64,000 bases of DNA from Escherichia phage a48, in the sequence record OQ067375.1; one strand, written 5' to 3'. The notes under the pieces are model-generated. The model ran no database searches and had not been told where the DNA came from. It saw nothing but the letters and a program-made list of their open reading frames with translations. The position numbers and the translations under genes are program-made. This document shows positions 51,102 to 61,174 of the stretch, piece after piece (the first letter of the stretch is position 1; the number at the start of each line of letters is the position of its first letter).

Positions 51102-52915
51102 TGGTGTTTAACCCTATGCATGATTTCTTTATTTTTACCGAGATTAAATCCGCGTTCGTTCGGATTTCCCAAATAACCACATGTTCTTCTTATGGTATTC
51201 ATCTTTTTAGGATCAGTTTCTCCACAAATAGAACAAACAAATCCGTTTTCAGTAGGAGTCATTTCATGAGTACTTCCGCATGTAAAACATTTATCTACTG
51301 GCATGTTAACGCCAAAATAATCTAAATGTTGTGCAGCATAATCCCATACGGCCTCAAGACCTTTTAAGTTATTTTTCATATCAGGAAGTTCAACATAAGA
51401 AATGTGACCACCTGTCGCAATGAAATGATATGGTGCTTCGCGGGAAATCTTTTCAAACGGAGTAATATTTTCTTCTACTGAAACATGGAAACTGTTAGTG
51501 TACCAACCTTTATCGGTAACATCTTTTACACTTCCATATTTTTCTGTATCGAGTTTACAGAAGCGATAACAAAGGTTTTCAGCAGGAGTAGAATATAAAC
51601 TAAAAGCGAATCCGGTTCTTTCAGTCCACTGTTTAAGATGAGCATTCATTTTAGTTAAAATTTCTCGTCCAATATCACGACCGACAAGAATATTCAATTC
51701 GTGAATACCAATGTATCCCAAAGACACTGAACTTCTACCGTTTTTAAATAACTCAATTATGTCGTCATCAGGTTTAAGACGAACCCCGAATGCACCTTCT
51801 TGGTAAAGAATAGGAGCAACAGTAGCTTTAACTCCTTTTAAGGAACTAATTCTACACATCAAAGCTTCAAAACACAAATCCATTCGTTCATTGAATAATT
51901 CAACAAATTTCTGTTCATTGAACTGTGTTCCAATATAAGAATCTAACGCGATGCGAGGAAGATTCAGTGTTACAACACCAAGATTATTACGTCCATCAAG
52001 AATTTCATTACCAGTCGAATCTTTCCATACGCTCAAGAAACTACGGCAACCCATTGGAGAAACAGGAACAGATGAACCAGTGATAGCTTTATTGTTCTTA
52101 GCTGAAATAATATCAGGATACATCCTTTTGCTTGCACACTCTAGAGCAAGCTGCTTAATATCATAGTTCGGATCGTCTTTATAAAGATTAACACCTTCTT
52201 CAACGAACATAACAAGCTTAGGGAAAATAGGAGTTATCCCATCACGACCAAGACCTTTAATACGATTTTTCAGAATTGCTTTCTGAATCATTCGTTCAGT
52301 CCAGTCAGTTCCCGTACCAAATGTAATTGTTACAAAAGGCGTTTGTCCGTTTGAACTAAAGAGAGTATTTACTTCATATTCATAAGCTTGGAATGCATCG
52401 TATACGTCTTTTTCTGTTTTAGATTGAGCATAATTTAACGCATCAGCGATTTGCCATTTTTCTGCATCCTCAATATGTTTTGCATAGGTGCGTTTAACAT
52501 AAGGAGAAAGTACTTTATCTACATTAGCAAAAGTCGTTCCGCCGTATTGGTGAGAAGCAACCTGTGCAGTAATTTGTGCCATAATTGCAGTAGCAACGCC
52601 AATTGATTTAGGAGTTTCAATCTGCGCATTACCTAGCTTAAATCCGTTCTCAAGCATTCCTTTTAAATCTACTAAACAGCAATTAGTAAATGGAAGAGCA
52701 GGGGAATAATCAATATCGTGGAAATGGATAATTCCGCTTTCATGCGCTTTCATAATAAAAGACGGGACCATATTTTTGGCAATGTGTTTAGACACAATAC
52801 CAGCCATAAGGTCCCGTTGAGTTGGAAAAACACGAGAATCTTTATTAGCATTCTCGTTTAAAAGGTCTTTATTAGTTTTATGAATCAATCCTTCAATTTC
52901 TTTTTCAATTGTCAT
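51098..52915 (-). CDS. nrdD: Anaerobic ribonucleotide reductase NrdD, uninterrupted
   Basis: 605 aa continuous ORF; glycyl-radical motif RTCGYLG. Confidence 0.95.
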   Translation of the reverse strand: MTIEKEIEGLIHKTNKDLLNENANKDSRVFPTQRDLMAGIVSKHIAKNMVPSFIMKAHESGIIHFHDIDYSPALPFTNCCLVDLKGMLENGFKLGNAQIETPKSIGVATAIMAQITAQVASHQYGGTTFANVDKVLSPYVKRTYAKHIEDAEKWQIADALNYAQSKTEKDVYDAFQAYEYEVNTLFSSNGQTPFVTITFGTGTDWTERMIQKAILKNRIKGLGRDGITPIFPKLVMFVEEGVNLYKDDPNYDIKQLALECASKRMYPDIISAKNNKAITGSSVPVSPMGCRSFLSVWKDSTGNEILDGRNNLGVVTLNLPRIALDSYIGTQFNEQKFVELFNERMDLCFEALMCRISSLKGVKATVAPILYQEGAFGVRLKPDDDIIELFKNGRSSVSLGYIGIHELNILVGRDIGREILTKMNAHLKQWTERTGFAFSLYSTPAENLCYRFCKLDTEKYGSVKDVTDKGWYTNSFHVSVEENITPFEKISREAPYHFIATGGHISYVELPDMKNNLKGLEAVWDYAAQHLDYFGVNMPVDKCFTCGSTHEMTPTENGFVCSICGETDPKKMNTIRRTCGYLGNPNERGFNLGKNKEIMHRVKHQ

Positions 52916-53385
52916 TTTAAACTCTTTCTAAGCTGCTTCTTAAATGAAGCTATTAACTGTGTTTTGGTGTCAGATTCATTATATTCAAATCCTCTTTGAA
53001 GCATCTCGGCCATCATTTCCTCTTTTCCTAAACGAGAAAATTCCTTTGATTTATCTCCAACAAAGTTAGGGTGAATATTATTTTGGGTGTAATCGGATTT
53101 TAAATAAGTAAGTAAATTTTCTAACCATTCAAGATAATCAACACCTTGACCCTTTAAGCCAGAACGATTAAATTTGTGCTTCATTTGACCTTCTGCAGCA
53201 TTGCAGAGATTACAAAGCAATCCACGTACCTTTCCTGCTTTTAGTCCATTTAATTCATGGTCATGATCGAGGTGATTAGATTGAACATCAGGATTTAATT
53301 CTCGTTGGCAAATTAAGCATTTACCGTTTTGTGCATCATAAAATTTCTGTTTTTCTTCTTTGTATAATTTGCCAGTCAATAACAT
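52912..53385 (-). CDS. 49: Endonuclease VII gp49 (Holliday junction resolvase)
   Basis: 157 aa, near-identical to recalled T4 EndoVII. Confidence 0.95.
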   Translation of the reverse strand: MLLTGKLYKEEKQKFYDAQNGKCLICQRELNPDVQSNHLDHDHELNGLKAGKVRGLLCNLCNAAEGQMKHKFNRSGLKGQGVDYLEWLENLLTYLKSDYTQNNIHPNFVGDKSKEFSRLGKEEMMAEMLQRGFEYNESDTKTQLIASFKKQLRKSLK

Positions 53386-53425
53386 AATAAAACCCTTACC
53401 TTAAATAGATAAGGGTATTTATTAT

Positions 53426-53602
53426 TTAAGTATTGTAAAACATTCGATGCAATCGTTTATACTGTCGAATCATCTTTTTAGTAGGACGAGAATAGGTTCC
53501 TACGCAAGTGGTCATATGAGGGTCCGTAGAATGTCCTTTAATAAAAAGTTTCCAAACCTTACCGCCATTTAACTTTTCAGTATAAACCAATTCGGTTTTC
53601 AT
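53426..53602 (-). CDS. Small protein, 58 aa (sub-threshold), C-terminus duplicated from upstream gene
   Basis: Last 15 aa MIRQYKRLHRMFYNT nearly identical to C-terminus of 53639..54124. Confidence 0.4.
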   Translation of the reverse strand: MKTELVYTEKLNGGKVWKLFIKGHSTDPHMTTCVGTYSRPTKKMIRQYKRLHRMFYNT

Positions 53603-53638
53603 TAAAATGTCCTGTCAGAAAAAGAATTTTGAGTTTTT

Positions 53639-54124
53639 TCAAGTATTGTAAAACATTTGATGCAATCGCTTATATTGCCGAATCATTTGGTCAGAAAAAG
53701 AAATTTGAGTTTCAAGCCATTCAATGTACTCTGCGGCAGCTTGCATTAAATTTCCTTCATAACCATCGTTATTTTCTTGTGCAGCTAATTTAGCTAATGC
53801 GTATGAAATACGTTCACCCTGAAATCCAGCTTTAGGTTTATGAATAACTTGATCAACTCGTTCTACGACCTCTTCAATTTCGCCATTTTCTACTGATTCA
53901 GTATTCCACAAGCACCAATACGTAATTGGCTTATCGTAGATGTTAATAATCTTTCCATCAGAAAGTTCAATTTCAATAATTCCAGTATCAGGTTCTATAT
54001 CATCTTCGCATTCTTTTGCAAGTTCACGAACTTTAAAGACAGTACCTGCACTAAGTTCCGGCCAGTAATTACACAGCCCTTTATCAGCACGATTAATTCT
54101 AAACCACTTATCTACTGCAATCAT
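53639..54124 (-). CDS. pin: Pin-like protein (161 aa from ATG; track start is TTG)
   Basis: Size and position of T4 pin. Confidence 0.45.
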   Translation of the reverse strand: MIAVDKWFRINRADKGLCNYWPELSAGTVFKVRELAKECEDDIEPDTGIIEIELSDGKIINIYDKPITYWCLWNTESVENGEIEEVVERVDQVIHKPKAGFQGERISYALAKLAAQENNDGYEGNLMQAAAEYIEWLETQISFSDQMIRQYKRLHQMFYNT

Positions 54125-54247
54125 ATCCCATCTCCATATCAATTAAGTCATTTATCGTCGGTTCATTATATACTGTTTCTTCATCAGTGTAAACCGGTTC
54201 TTCCGGCTCTGGCTCTACAGTTTCCCATCTAGCCGCCCACCAAGGTT

Positions 54248-54568
54248 TTATAGCGTAATCCATTCTCGTACTGTCTGAGTTACTACACGTTCACGGGGCT
54301 CGACTAGTTCAACAGTCGGAACTGCATAATACCAGTCAGAATGATAAGAACCTGAGCGAGATTCATTTACAGCCACATGTACATTATGTTTTGGACTAAA
54401 ATAAACACACTGACGATATTGGCATTTACCATCTTGCACCCAGTCTTCTATTTCGACAGGTTTAAGATAATCGGAAAAATCGAAATCATAGTTTTCCGAA
54501 AATGCATCATGGTCTTCAATGATTTCGCTCAGAACTGCATCAACATCTAATTTATTTTCAATAGTCAT
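54248..54568 (-). CDS. Hypothetical protein (106 aa)
   Basis: ORF in cluster. Confidence 0.45.
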   Translation of the reverse strand: MTIENKLDVDAVLSEIIEDHDAFSENYDFDFSDYLKPVEIEDWVQDGKCQYRQCVYFSPKHNVHVAVNESRSGSYHSDWYYAVPTVELVEPRERVVTQTVREWITL

Positions 54569-54751
54569 TTTTCACCAATTAATTTCGCAATTTATTAAGT
54601 TCTTCATCATCAATCCAGGATTCTAGTCCTGATGGCAGGTCACATTCAATTTCCCAAAGAAGTTCTTCAATTTTCTGAAGACGATCTAGTTCTTCGGCTG
54701 GAATAGTAACCATTGACGAAGCTCGTGATACATTAATATCGTAAATCATAT

Positions 54752-54967
54752 TTACCCCAATTTAACCATACAATCGCCGTATTTCCACTTAGAAATAGAC
54801 TTTTCACCATTAGAATAATAAACTTCGAGTTTAGCACGATTATTTTTAATTTGAATAACCTTGGCTGTCATCAAAGTTCCATACCCATAATAAACTGCAA
54901 CTTCATCACCTACATATACCGCGCTTCCGCGGTAATCATGAATATAGTCAGTTCCTTCGAGCATCAT
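54752..54967 (-). CDS. Hypothetical protein (71 aa)
   Basis: ORF in cluster. Confidence 0.4.
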   Translation of the reverse strand: MMLEGTDYIHDYRGSAVYVGDEVAVYYGYGTLMTAKVIQIKNNRAKLEVYYSNGEKSISKWKYGDCMVKLG

Positions 54968-55227
54968 TTAAAATATTCTCGCAGTTGGTCAAATCCACCA
55001 ATATGACTTCCATCAGGAGCAAATACCTGGGGCATTGTCAAGCCGATTTGAGTATCACGACCTAGTTTAGTCAGAAGCTCAGCGATTTTCTCATCATCAA
55101 AAACACCTTTTTCCGGCATAATGTTGATAAATTCAAACGGCTGTTTCTTCACGGTCAAAAGACGTTTTGCATTATCGCAATACACACATTTATGAATGTT
55201 GCTATCATAACCATATACTTTAAACAT
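54964..55227 (-). CDS. nrdC: Thioredoxin/glutaredoxin NrdC
   Basis: 87 aa, CVYC redox motif. Confidence 0.8.
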   Translation of the reverse strand: MFKVYGYDSNIHKCVYCDNAKRLLTVKKQPFEFINIMPEKGVFDDEKIAELLTKLGRDTQIGLTMPQVFAPDGSHIGGFDQLREYFK

Positions 55228-55228
55228 A

Positions 55229-55471
55229 TTATTCCTTAATTCCTAGTACTTGTTTAAAAGTCTCGTCGTAATCAAGACTTTGGCCCGTTTGTTCTTTATG
55301 TTTGTATATAATATCACTTACTTCTGATAGCATATTTTTATATGAACGAGTTAAAGCAGATTTAAGCACGCTGTATCTATCAGGAAATTTACCATGTTCA
55401 TTATAATAAGCTATTGCTAATTCACGGACTGCCTTTTCAGCAGCCTCCATATATTCTTTACGCTTGGTCAT
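55229..55471 (-). CDS. Hypothetical protein (80 aa from internal ATG)
   Basis: Start uncertain. Confidence 0.35.
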   Translation of the reverse strand: MTKRKEYMEAAEKAVRELAIAYYNEHGKFPDRYSVLKSALTRSYKNMLSEVSDIIYKHKEQTGQSLDYDETFKQVLGIKE

Positions 55472-55772
55472 TTTCTTCTCGGTCAAATCGGTGTTTACAA
55501 TGACGACATTTATAACGAAGATTACTAGTCTGCCAATGGACCAATTGCACCTGTTCAGTTCCACATTCAGGGCAATTAGGAACGTTTTTAGAAGCCCTTT
55601 CACGACGTTCAACCATGACCATTACAGAATCCCAATTAACAGGAGGGCTATAATCATCACAACCATGAATCTTTCCACGCATTTCCAGATCGTCTTCTTC
55701 ACCAGCCATAATAATTTTAATTACACTAGAATTACTTGAAGCTGCAATGTCTTCTAATAGACGATTTTTCAT
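55458..55772 (-). CDS. Hypothetical zinc-ribbon protein (104 aa)
   Basis: CPECG...CRHC motifs. Confidence 0.45.
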   Translation of the reverse strand: MKNRLLEDIAASSNSSVIKIIMAGEEDDLEMRGKIHGCDDYSPPVNWDSVMVMVERRERASKNVPNCPECGTEQVQLVHWQTSNLRYKCRHCKHRFDREENDQA

Positions 55773-56695
55773 TTCAATACCTCAATAGCATTGCGTAAAC
55801 CATTTGCTTTGGCGGTTAAAGCCTTAAGAACTTTAGTATGCTCTTCAATTTGTTTTTCAACTTCAATCAAACGAGCATTGAGATATTCGCGTTCTTCTTT
55901 CATAGTATCATTCCCATGATTGGATTTTGGTGTAGGTTTAAATTCACTAGGGTCCTTTAATTTAATAACAAATTTAGTTTCAAACAGCGAAAGACCATAA
56001 TTCGTATTATCATCAAAGGATTTGACTACATCCATATCAGATAATAACACGCGTAAATTATAAGCCAAAGAACTAATAGTTTCATTGTGTTTATTAGCTT
56101 CGCGTGGTTTCATATACGGAAGATTTTTATATATCTCGTGCGGAGCACAAATGATAATTGACAATTCAAATTGCCCATTCTGGGACGATGGAGTGAATTT
56201 AGCCGTAACCCAGTCTTTTACATTCACATTAATAGTACGGTTATCACCATGACAAAACAGTCTACGAGAATGCTTAAAAAGCATATTCACGTTATTATTG
56301 AATTCGTGTGAAAATTCACTAGCAAATTTTTCTTTACTATCTTTAGAAAACCATTCTTCTAAATAAGTTCTTTTCACGTCGTTAATAATATTAAATGTAA
56401 CAACACTAGCATTTGATACATTAGTCTCAATGTAGCTTGGATACATAAATTTTTTAACATTATTAACAGCTATCACAGAAGATAGTAATCGGGAACGTTT
56501 GAACCACTCGAGCAAAGAACCAAGAGAATGTGAATACGCATTTTGTGTATCTTTACAAATATGGTTTTCCCATCCAATATAGTCTAAAAAATCACGAAGA
56601 ATATTATTGATTACTGCTCTGTGTCCTATCTGATAATTACGATGTTTAGTAATAAGACTGTCAAAATAATCAATATAATGTTTACGAGTTTTCAT
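55769..56695 (-). CDS. Hypothetical protein, tandem paralog A (308 aa), C-terminal coiled coil
   Basis: N-terminus MKTRK...; shared core with paralogs B-D. Confidence 0.5.
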   Translation of the reverse strand: MKTRKHYIDYFDSLITKHRNYQIGHRAVINNILRDFLDYIGWENHICKDTQNAYSHSLGSLLEWFKRSRLLSSVIAVNNVKKFMYPSYIETNVSNASVVTFNIINDVKRTYLEEWFSKDSKEKFASEFSHEFNNNVNMLFKHSRRLFCHGDNRTINVNVKDWVTAKFTPSSQNGQFELSIIICAPHEIYKNLPYMKPREANKHNETISSLAYNLRVLLSDMDVVKSFDDNTNYGLSLFETKFVIKLKDPSEFKPTPKSNHGNDTMKEEREYLNARLIEVEKQIEEHTKVLKALTAKANGLRNAIEVLK

Positions 56696-56747
56696 GTTCT
56701 TCTCACTTGGTTAATGATTTATACTCCGAGCCATCCTTGGCTTTAAA

Positions 56748-57745
56748 TTACTTAATTAACTGTAAAGCTTGTTCCAGACGATCAAGACGATTAACAGATT
56801 CTTCCCAAATCCTTTTAGCCTGCTCATATTCTTTCTGCGCTTTATTAGAAATTTCTAGAACTTCTTTATAAGCTTTTTCTAGTGCAATAACTTCTGGACG
56901 AATTTCTATCGGTTCAGGTGAATCATCAAGACATTCCATTAGTTCCTCAAGGGTAGTTTCTTCTTTAGGAGTATTCACAATTTCATCACATTTTTGTTGG
57001 TAAATTTCTTTATCAGTAGGTGAATAAGCACATTTCACTTCACGAAGGCTAATTACGAGTTTATATCCTTCCCAACCGCATATATTCTTAAAAGGATATG
57101 TATGAATATTTTCTACTGTTTCCATACAAAGTAATGCGGTCTCTAATTGACGAGTTATAGTGCTAGCAATTGAGAAAAATTTATTAATATTCTTTTGGTT
57201 AGTTTCTGGTGTAAAAAATCTGTAATTAATAAAAATAGCTACTTTGTTTTTATCAAGCTCATATTCTTCTGCTATAATCATATCATCAGCTAAGGGATGA
57301 ATTGTACGATAATCACCATAACATAATTTAGAAGCTGATTTTAGAATTTGCTTCGTAAAACTCCTAAATTCACTAACCCAACGACGAGTAAAAATATTCT
57401 CAGGGTCTTCTTTAGTATTAAGATGATAAGTATTAACATCACCGAACCAATTGTATCCTACTACATCTTTAGTTCGTTTAATTTCTTTCCCAAATTTACC
57501 AAGAATATCTTGATTAACTAAATATGAAAGAAGACGAGACCCTTTAAAGGTTTTCTTAATATCATCTTTATCCGTGCGGCTAGAAATTTCATGAGCTTCA
57601 TGAATAAATTTACTGGAAGAAACAATACTTACATCAATATTATTGAGCCATTGATAATAGAAATAACATCGTTCTGACTAGACACAGGTTTAACTTTATC
57701 ATCAATAACGCTATTGAATGATTTGATATATTCGTTACGAGTCAT
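56748..57745 (-). pseudogene. Frameshift-disrupted tandem paralog B
   Basis: ATG with GAGGAG SD opens a 38-codon frame ending at 57629; the -1 frame is open from 57677 into the 177-aa ORF with no ATG for about 130 codons. Confidence 0.5.
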
Positions 57746-57773
57746 AATAATCTCCTCAGTAGAAAGTAAGAAC

Positions 57774-57803
57774 ATTATACCACATCCTTGTGGCAAAGTA
57801 AAC
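57774..57803 (-). promoter_or_regulatory. Early sigma70-type promoter (GTTTAC / TATAAT)
   Basis: Consensus elements upstream of paralog B. Confidence 0.55.
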
Positions 57804-58816
57804 TAGTTCAGTGCATTGTTCAGTTTAGAACGTTGCTTTATCAGATTTTGAACCCTTGACTGAGCTTGTTCTAACGCCTTTTCAGCTTCTAGCACTTCAT
57901 TGGTCGCTTTAACGAGTTCATCATCTACTGCCTTAAGAGACTTCTCAATCGCGTCAGCGTGCCATTTTTCAACAGGTTTAAGACTCGGATTTTCAATAGG
58001 AAGAAAATTCACTTTATTGAATTTCCATGCATCTTTATTACCTGAACTATACATCCAAAATTTAGGATCGTTTGATGAGTAATTAGATGAATTTAAGGTA
58101 TCTTGCACTTCTTGCTTTTTCTCTTGCGGGACTTCGTCCTTTCTCAAAAAATCGTATTTAAATGAAACGATCATATCAAGTTCATATGTTGTTGTATGTT
58201 CCCAATTTCGCTCAAAACGAGGTAAAATCTTAGATTGAACAGCAGCAACAACATCCATATACTTAAATGCTTCTGTCAACTGTGATTTAAGGCATTCGCA
58301 AATTGAAAGAGAATTTTTTGTATTAGGTTTAAAGCTAATTCGTGCAGTTCTATTATTTTCTTTTAACGGTCTTACTTCCATCTGAAGAGTATAACCATCA
58401 AATTTCAGATTCTTTAAGTTAATATCAGAGCCTTTTAATCGACTAGCAGTAGACAAAATTTGCTTTAATTGTTTACGGAACAGAGCAATAAATCTCCATT
58501 CAAGACGATAATGATTTGGATTAAAAAATCCAGTTGATAGATCAGTCTTACTTTGACCAACGCCTCGAACAAATAGAGGATTTTTATAATCAATAGTTTT
58601 ACAGAAATCGGTGAGCTGCTCGCGAGCAGTCATTTGTGTAATATACCCTGCTTTACTAAAATTACGCACCCATTCACTGCTATTCGTATACTTAAAGTGA
58701 TGAATAACACGATTAACTTTATCAGGGTCTAAATTATTTTCACACAAAAATGTCATAACATCACGAGTATAACTGGCATTACGAACCATATCTTCAATTT
58801 GAGAACGAGTTTTCAT
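57803..58816 (-). CDS. Hypothetical protein, tandem paralog C (337 aa)
   Basis: N-terminus MKTR...; C-terminal coiled coil. Confidence 0.5.
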   Translation of the reverse strand: MKTRSQIEDMVRNASYTRDVMTFLCENNLDPDKVNRVIHHFKYTNSSEWVRNFSKAGYITQMTAREQLTDFCKTIDYKNPLFVRGVGQSKTDLSTGFFNPNHYRLEWRFIALFRKQLKQILSTASRLKGSDINLKNLKFDGYTLQMEVRPLKENNRTARISFKPNTKNSLSICECLKSQLTEAFKYMDVVAAVQSKILPRFERNWEHTTTYELDMIVSFKYDFLRKDEVPQEKKQEVQDTLNSSNYSSNDPKFWMYSSGNKDAWKFNKVNFLPIENPSLKPVEKWHADAIEKSLKAVDDELVKATNEVLEAEKALEQAQSRVQNLIKQRSKLNNALN

Positions 58817-58824
58817 GGTGTTCC

Positions 58825-59733
58825 TTAAGATTTAAGTAAATCAACAATTTTAATTAATTTTTCACGTTCAGATTTAGCTTTACTACTCAATCCAGATAGT
58901 CTGAAAATTTCATCGTCATATTGTTGAATAGAAATATTCAGCTCTTCAATTTGCTTATTAAAATAATCAATTTGTTCAGAATGTTTTTCGTTACTACGAA
59001 CTGGTGCAGGTTTTGTAGGCAATTTAGTTGAACTGGATTCATCCGGGCGATAAATTAAAATACAATTTGAACCAATAGGGCATTTTGCACCAGACACATA
59101 TTCTAATGTTCCGGCTTCTTTTAAAACTTCAAAAGCTAAACAGAGATGATGACCCATATTGGCATAATCTGTAGAGTGAGCTCTGATATAATAATCATCT
59201 CCACGAGTACTAAATTTAAAACATTTAAGGTCTTCTGTATTATTGGTCTTAAAAATCATTTGTTTATCTAGACCTTTAGCTAATCGAGCACCTAATGCTA
59301 ATAATCGTCGTTGATTTTCCCACAAATCTGCGATCATTTGGTCAAATGATAATTTCGGCATTAGTCGACCATAAAGGTCATATCCTTTATTATAATTGCG
59401 AAGAATTTCACTCGCGTTAATGCGAGACAACGCTCCAATTTTATTAAGGGCTTTCATGATGCGATTAGATAAAAGCATTCCAGACCCGTTTGTTCGTTGT
59501 AAATGTTTTTCTAATCCAAATCCAATATCAACTTTAAACTTATCTAAAATTTCGGCGTGAACATCTTTATCGATAACATTTAAATTTAGTACTGGGTTAA
59601 ATTTATGAAAAAATTTATCTGACTCGTCGCGTTGAAGTACAGTCCATTCATTTGATTTTTTATTAACTAAAGATTTAATTACTGCATTGACATTATTAAT
59701 TGCTACTGACATATTTTCCTCACTCAATTTCAA
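58825..59733 (-). CDS. Hypothetical protein, tandem paralog D (302 aa)
   Basis: Similar size and C-terminal coiled coil; weaker similarity. Confidence 0.45.
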   Translation of the reverse strand: MKLSEENMSVAINNVNAVIKSLVNKKSNEWTVLQRDESDKFFHKFNPVLNLNVIDKDVHAEILDKFKVDIGFGLEKHLQRTNGSGMLLSNRIMKALNKIGALSRINASEILRNYNKGYDLYGRLMPKLSFDQMIADLWENQRRLLALGARLAKGLDKQMIFKTNNTEDLKCFKFSTRGDDYYIRAHSTDYANMGHHLCLAFEVLKEAGTLEYVSGAKCPIGSNCILIYRPDESSSTKLPTKPAPVRSNEKHSEQIDYFNKQIEELNISIQQYDDEIFRLSGLSSKAKSEREKLIKIVDLLKS

Positions 59734-60127
59734 TTTTACTAAATATACAGAATAAGATAGAACAGACTATATAAGCACCACACACAGATTGAACTAATAC
59801 CATTCCAAAGAACCAAACAATATTATCAAACAGTGTCTGTTTTACGTCGAAAGGACGTAAACTTACAGTAATATTATCACCTTTTTCTATTGAAGAATAC
59901 ATCTCTGGGGAAATATATTCACTAAATCTATAACCGTCTTTGAGTTCATATACGGCAATAAACGATAAACTAGACCCCTTTCCTTGTGTTCCTGTAATAG
60001 TATTAACTACAGTAACATCATAATCTTTATAATGCATATAATCATTAATTGCGTAATAACCATATGCAACTACTACACATAAACAACATATCAATAAATT
60101 CAATCTTTTAATTATCAACTGTTTCAT
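59720..60127 (-). CDS. Hypothetical membrane protein (135 aa)
   Basis: N- and C-terminal hydrophobic segments. Confidence 0.5.
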   Translation of the reverse strand: MKQLIIKRLNLLICCLCVVVAYGYYAINDYMHYKDYDVTVVNTITGTQGKGSSLSFIAVYELKDGYRFSEYISPEMYSSIEKGDNITVSLRPFDVKQTLFDNIVWFFGMVLVQSVCGAYIVCSILFCIFSKIEIE

Positions 60128-60182
60128 AATAATCTCAGTTAAAAGGGCTTAGAACCATTATACCATCCTTGGTATAAAGCGG

Positions 60183-60710
60183 TTATGCGAGTACCGTCTT
60201 TAACCGTTCTTCAAACTTCCGAAGAGTATTCTGGCGTTCAGCTCTTTGCTTTTTGTAAGTTTCAATACGCTCTGAAATGAGAGTGTATCGTTCATTTACT
60301 GATTCTTTCATAAAATCAGGAATTTCACGAGAAGCTTTAATCTCATCAAATTTATCAATAACAGCTTGCTCTTCAGCAATTAAGTTATCATACATTAAAA
60401 TATCTTTCTTGATAAACTCAATATCTTCTTGAGTTACACGAGATAATTTAGATGCTTTATCCTTTTTGTACTGTTCGTTAGTATCACGAGACCAGTGTAA
60501 TGTACGATTTTTATTCGTATTCTTGTAAATTTCTACAATACCGATCTCATCGATAATAACGATCCAATTCCAACGGGATTTGTAAATTTGTCCTCCGTCA
60601 ACTGTGATTTCACCTCCGATTGAGATGTCATTAAAGAACTTACTTTGTGCTTCAGATTTAAATTTACCATCGTTGTAATTTACCAAGTTGAAAATATCTT
60701 TAGCGTTCAT
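60183..60710 (-). CDS. Hypothetical protein (175 aa)
   Basis: SD GGAGGA; downstream of promoter cassette. Confidence 0.5.
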   Translation of the reverse strand: MNAKDIFNLVNYNDGKFKSEAQSKFFNDISIGGEITVDGGQIYKSRWNWIVIIDEIGIVEIYKNTNKNRTLHWSRDTNEQYKKDKASKLSRVTQEDIEFIKKDILMYDNLIAEEQAVIDKFDEIKASREIPDFMKESVNERYTLISERIETYKKQRAERQNTLRKFEERLKTVLA

Positions 60711-60737
60711 TTTCTGTTCCTCCGTAGTTGATAGTTG

Positions 60738-60767
60738 TATAGTACCACAGAGGAACAGTCTTGTAAA
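60738..60767 (-). promoter_or_regulatory. Early sigma70-type promoter (GTTTAC / TACTAT)
   Basis: Repeated promoter-leader cassette. Confidence 0.55.
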
Positions 60768-60770
60768 CCA

Positions 60771-61076
60771 CTAAAAGAAACTTCTTTCACAATTTTTTCC
60801 ACTGAACCAAGCACTTACCACTTTCTTAGTCTCAGGAGCAGTGTTATCCATAAACCATTCAAAGGCAGCCTTTTTATGATTCTGGAGGGCTTCTCGGGCT
60901 TTAATCTGCTCACGGTCTATTAACACTAACATATGAGCCTTTCTTGTCACCATGGGCTTCTTATGATTTTTTGAATACTCCCAATCATTTGTCCATCGCA
61001 TTGTTGTTGCGAACTGAAATACTGCTTCTTTAATCTTAGTTTCGTAAATTTCACGAGCCTTTGAGTATAACATCAC
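60771..61076 (-). CDS. Hypothetical protein (101 aa)
   Basis: ORF in cluster. Confidence 0.45.
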   Translation of the reverse strand: MMLYSKAREIYETKIKEAVFQFATTMRWTNDWEYSKNHKKPMVTRKAHMLVLIDREQIKAREALQNHKKAAFEWFMDNTAPETKKVVSAWFSGKNCERSFF

Positions 61077-61174
61077 TACCTCCGTTTACCAGTTTAATTC
61101 TAGTCATCTTTTTAATGGCAGTCCATATAATCTATTTCTGAACTGCCTTTTTGTCATAGAAGTCCTCTTATGAA

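Noticed and set aside
51098-52915. Group I intron or homing endonuclease interrupting nrdD
   Set aside because: nrdD is one continuous 605-aa ORF, and no GIY-YIG or HNH ORF is embedded nearby
57629-57677. Programmed -1 ribosomal frameshift in paralog B
   Set aside because: No canonical slippery heptamer or downstream pseudoknot-like structure was seen in the overlap window; an indel is the simpler explanation
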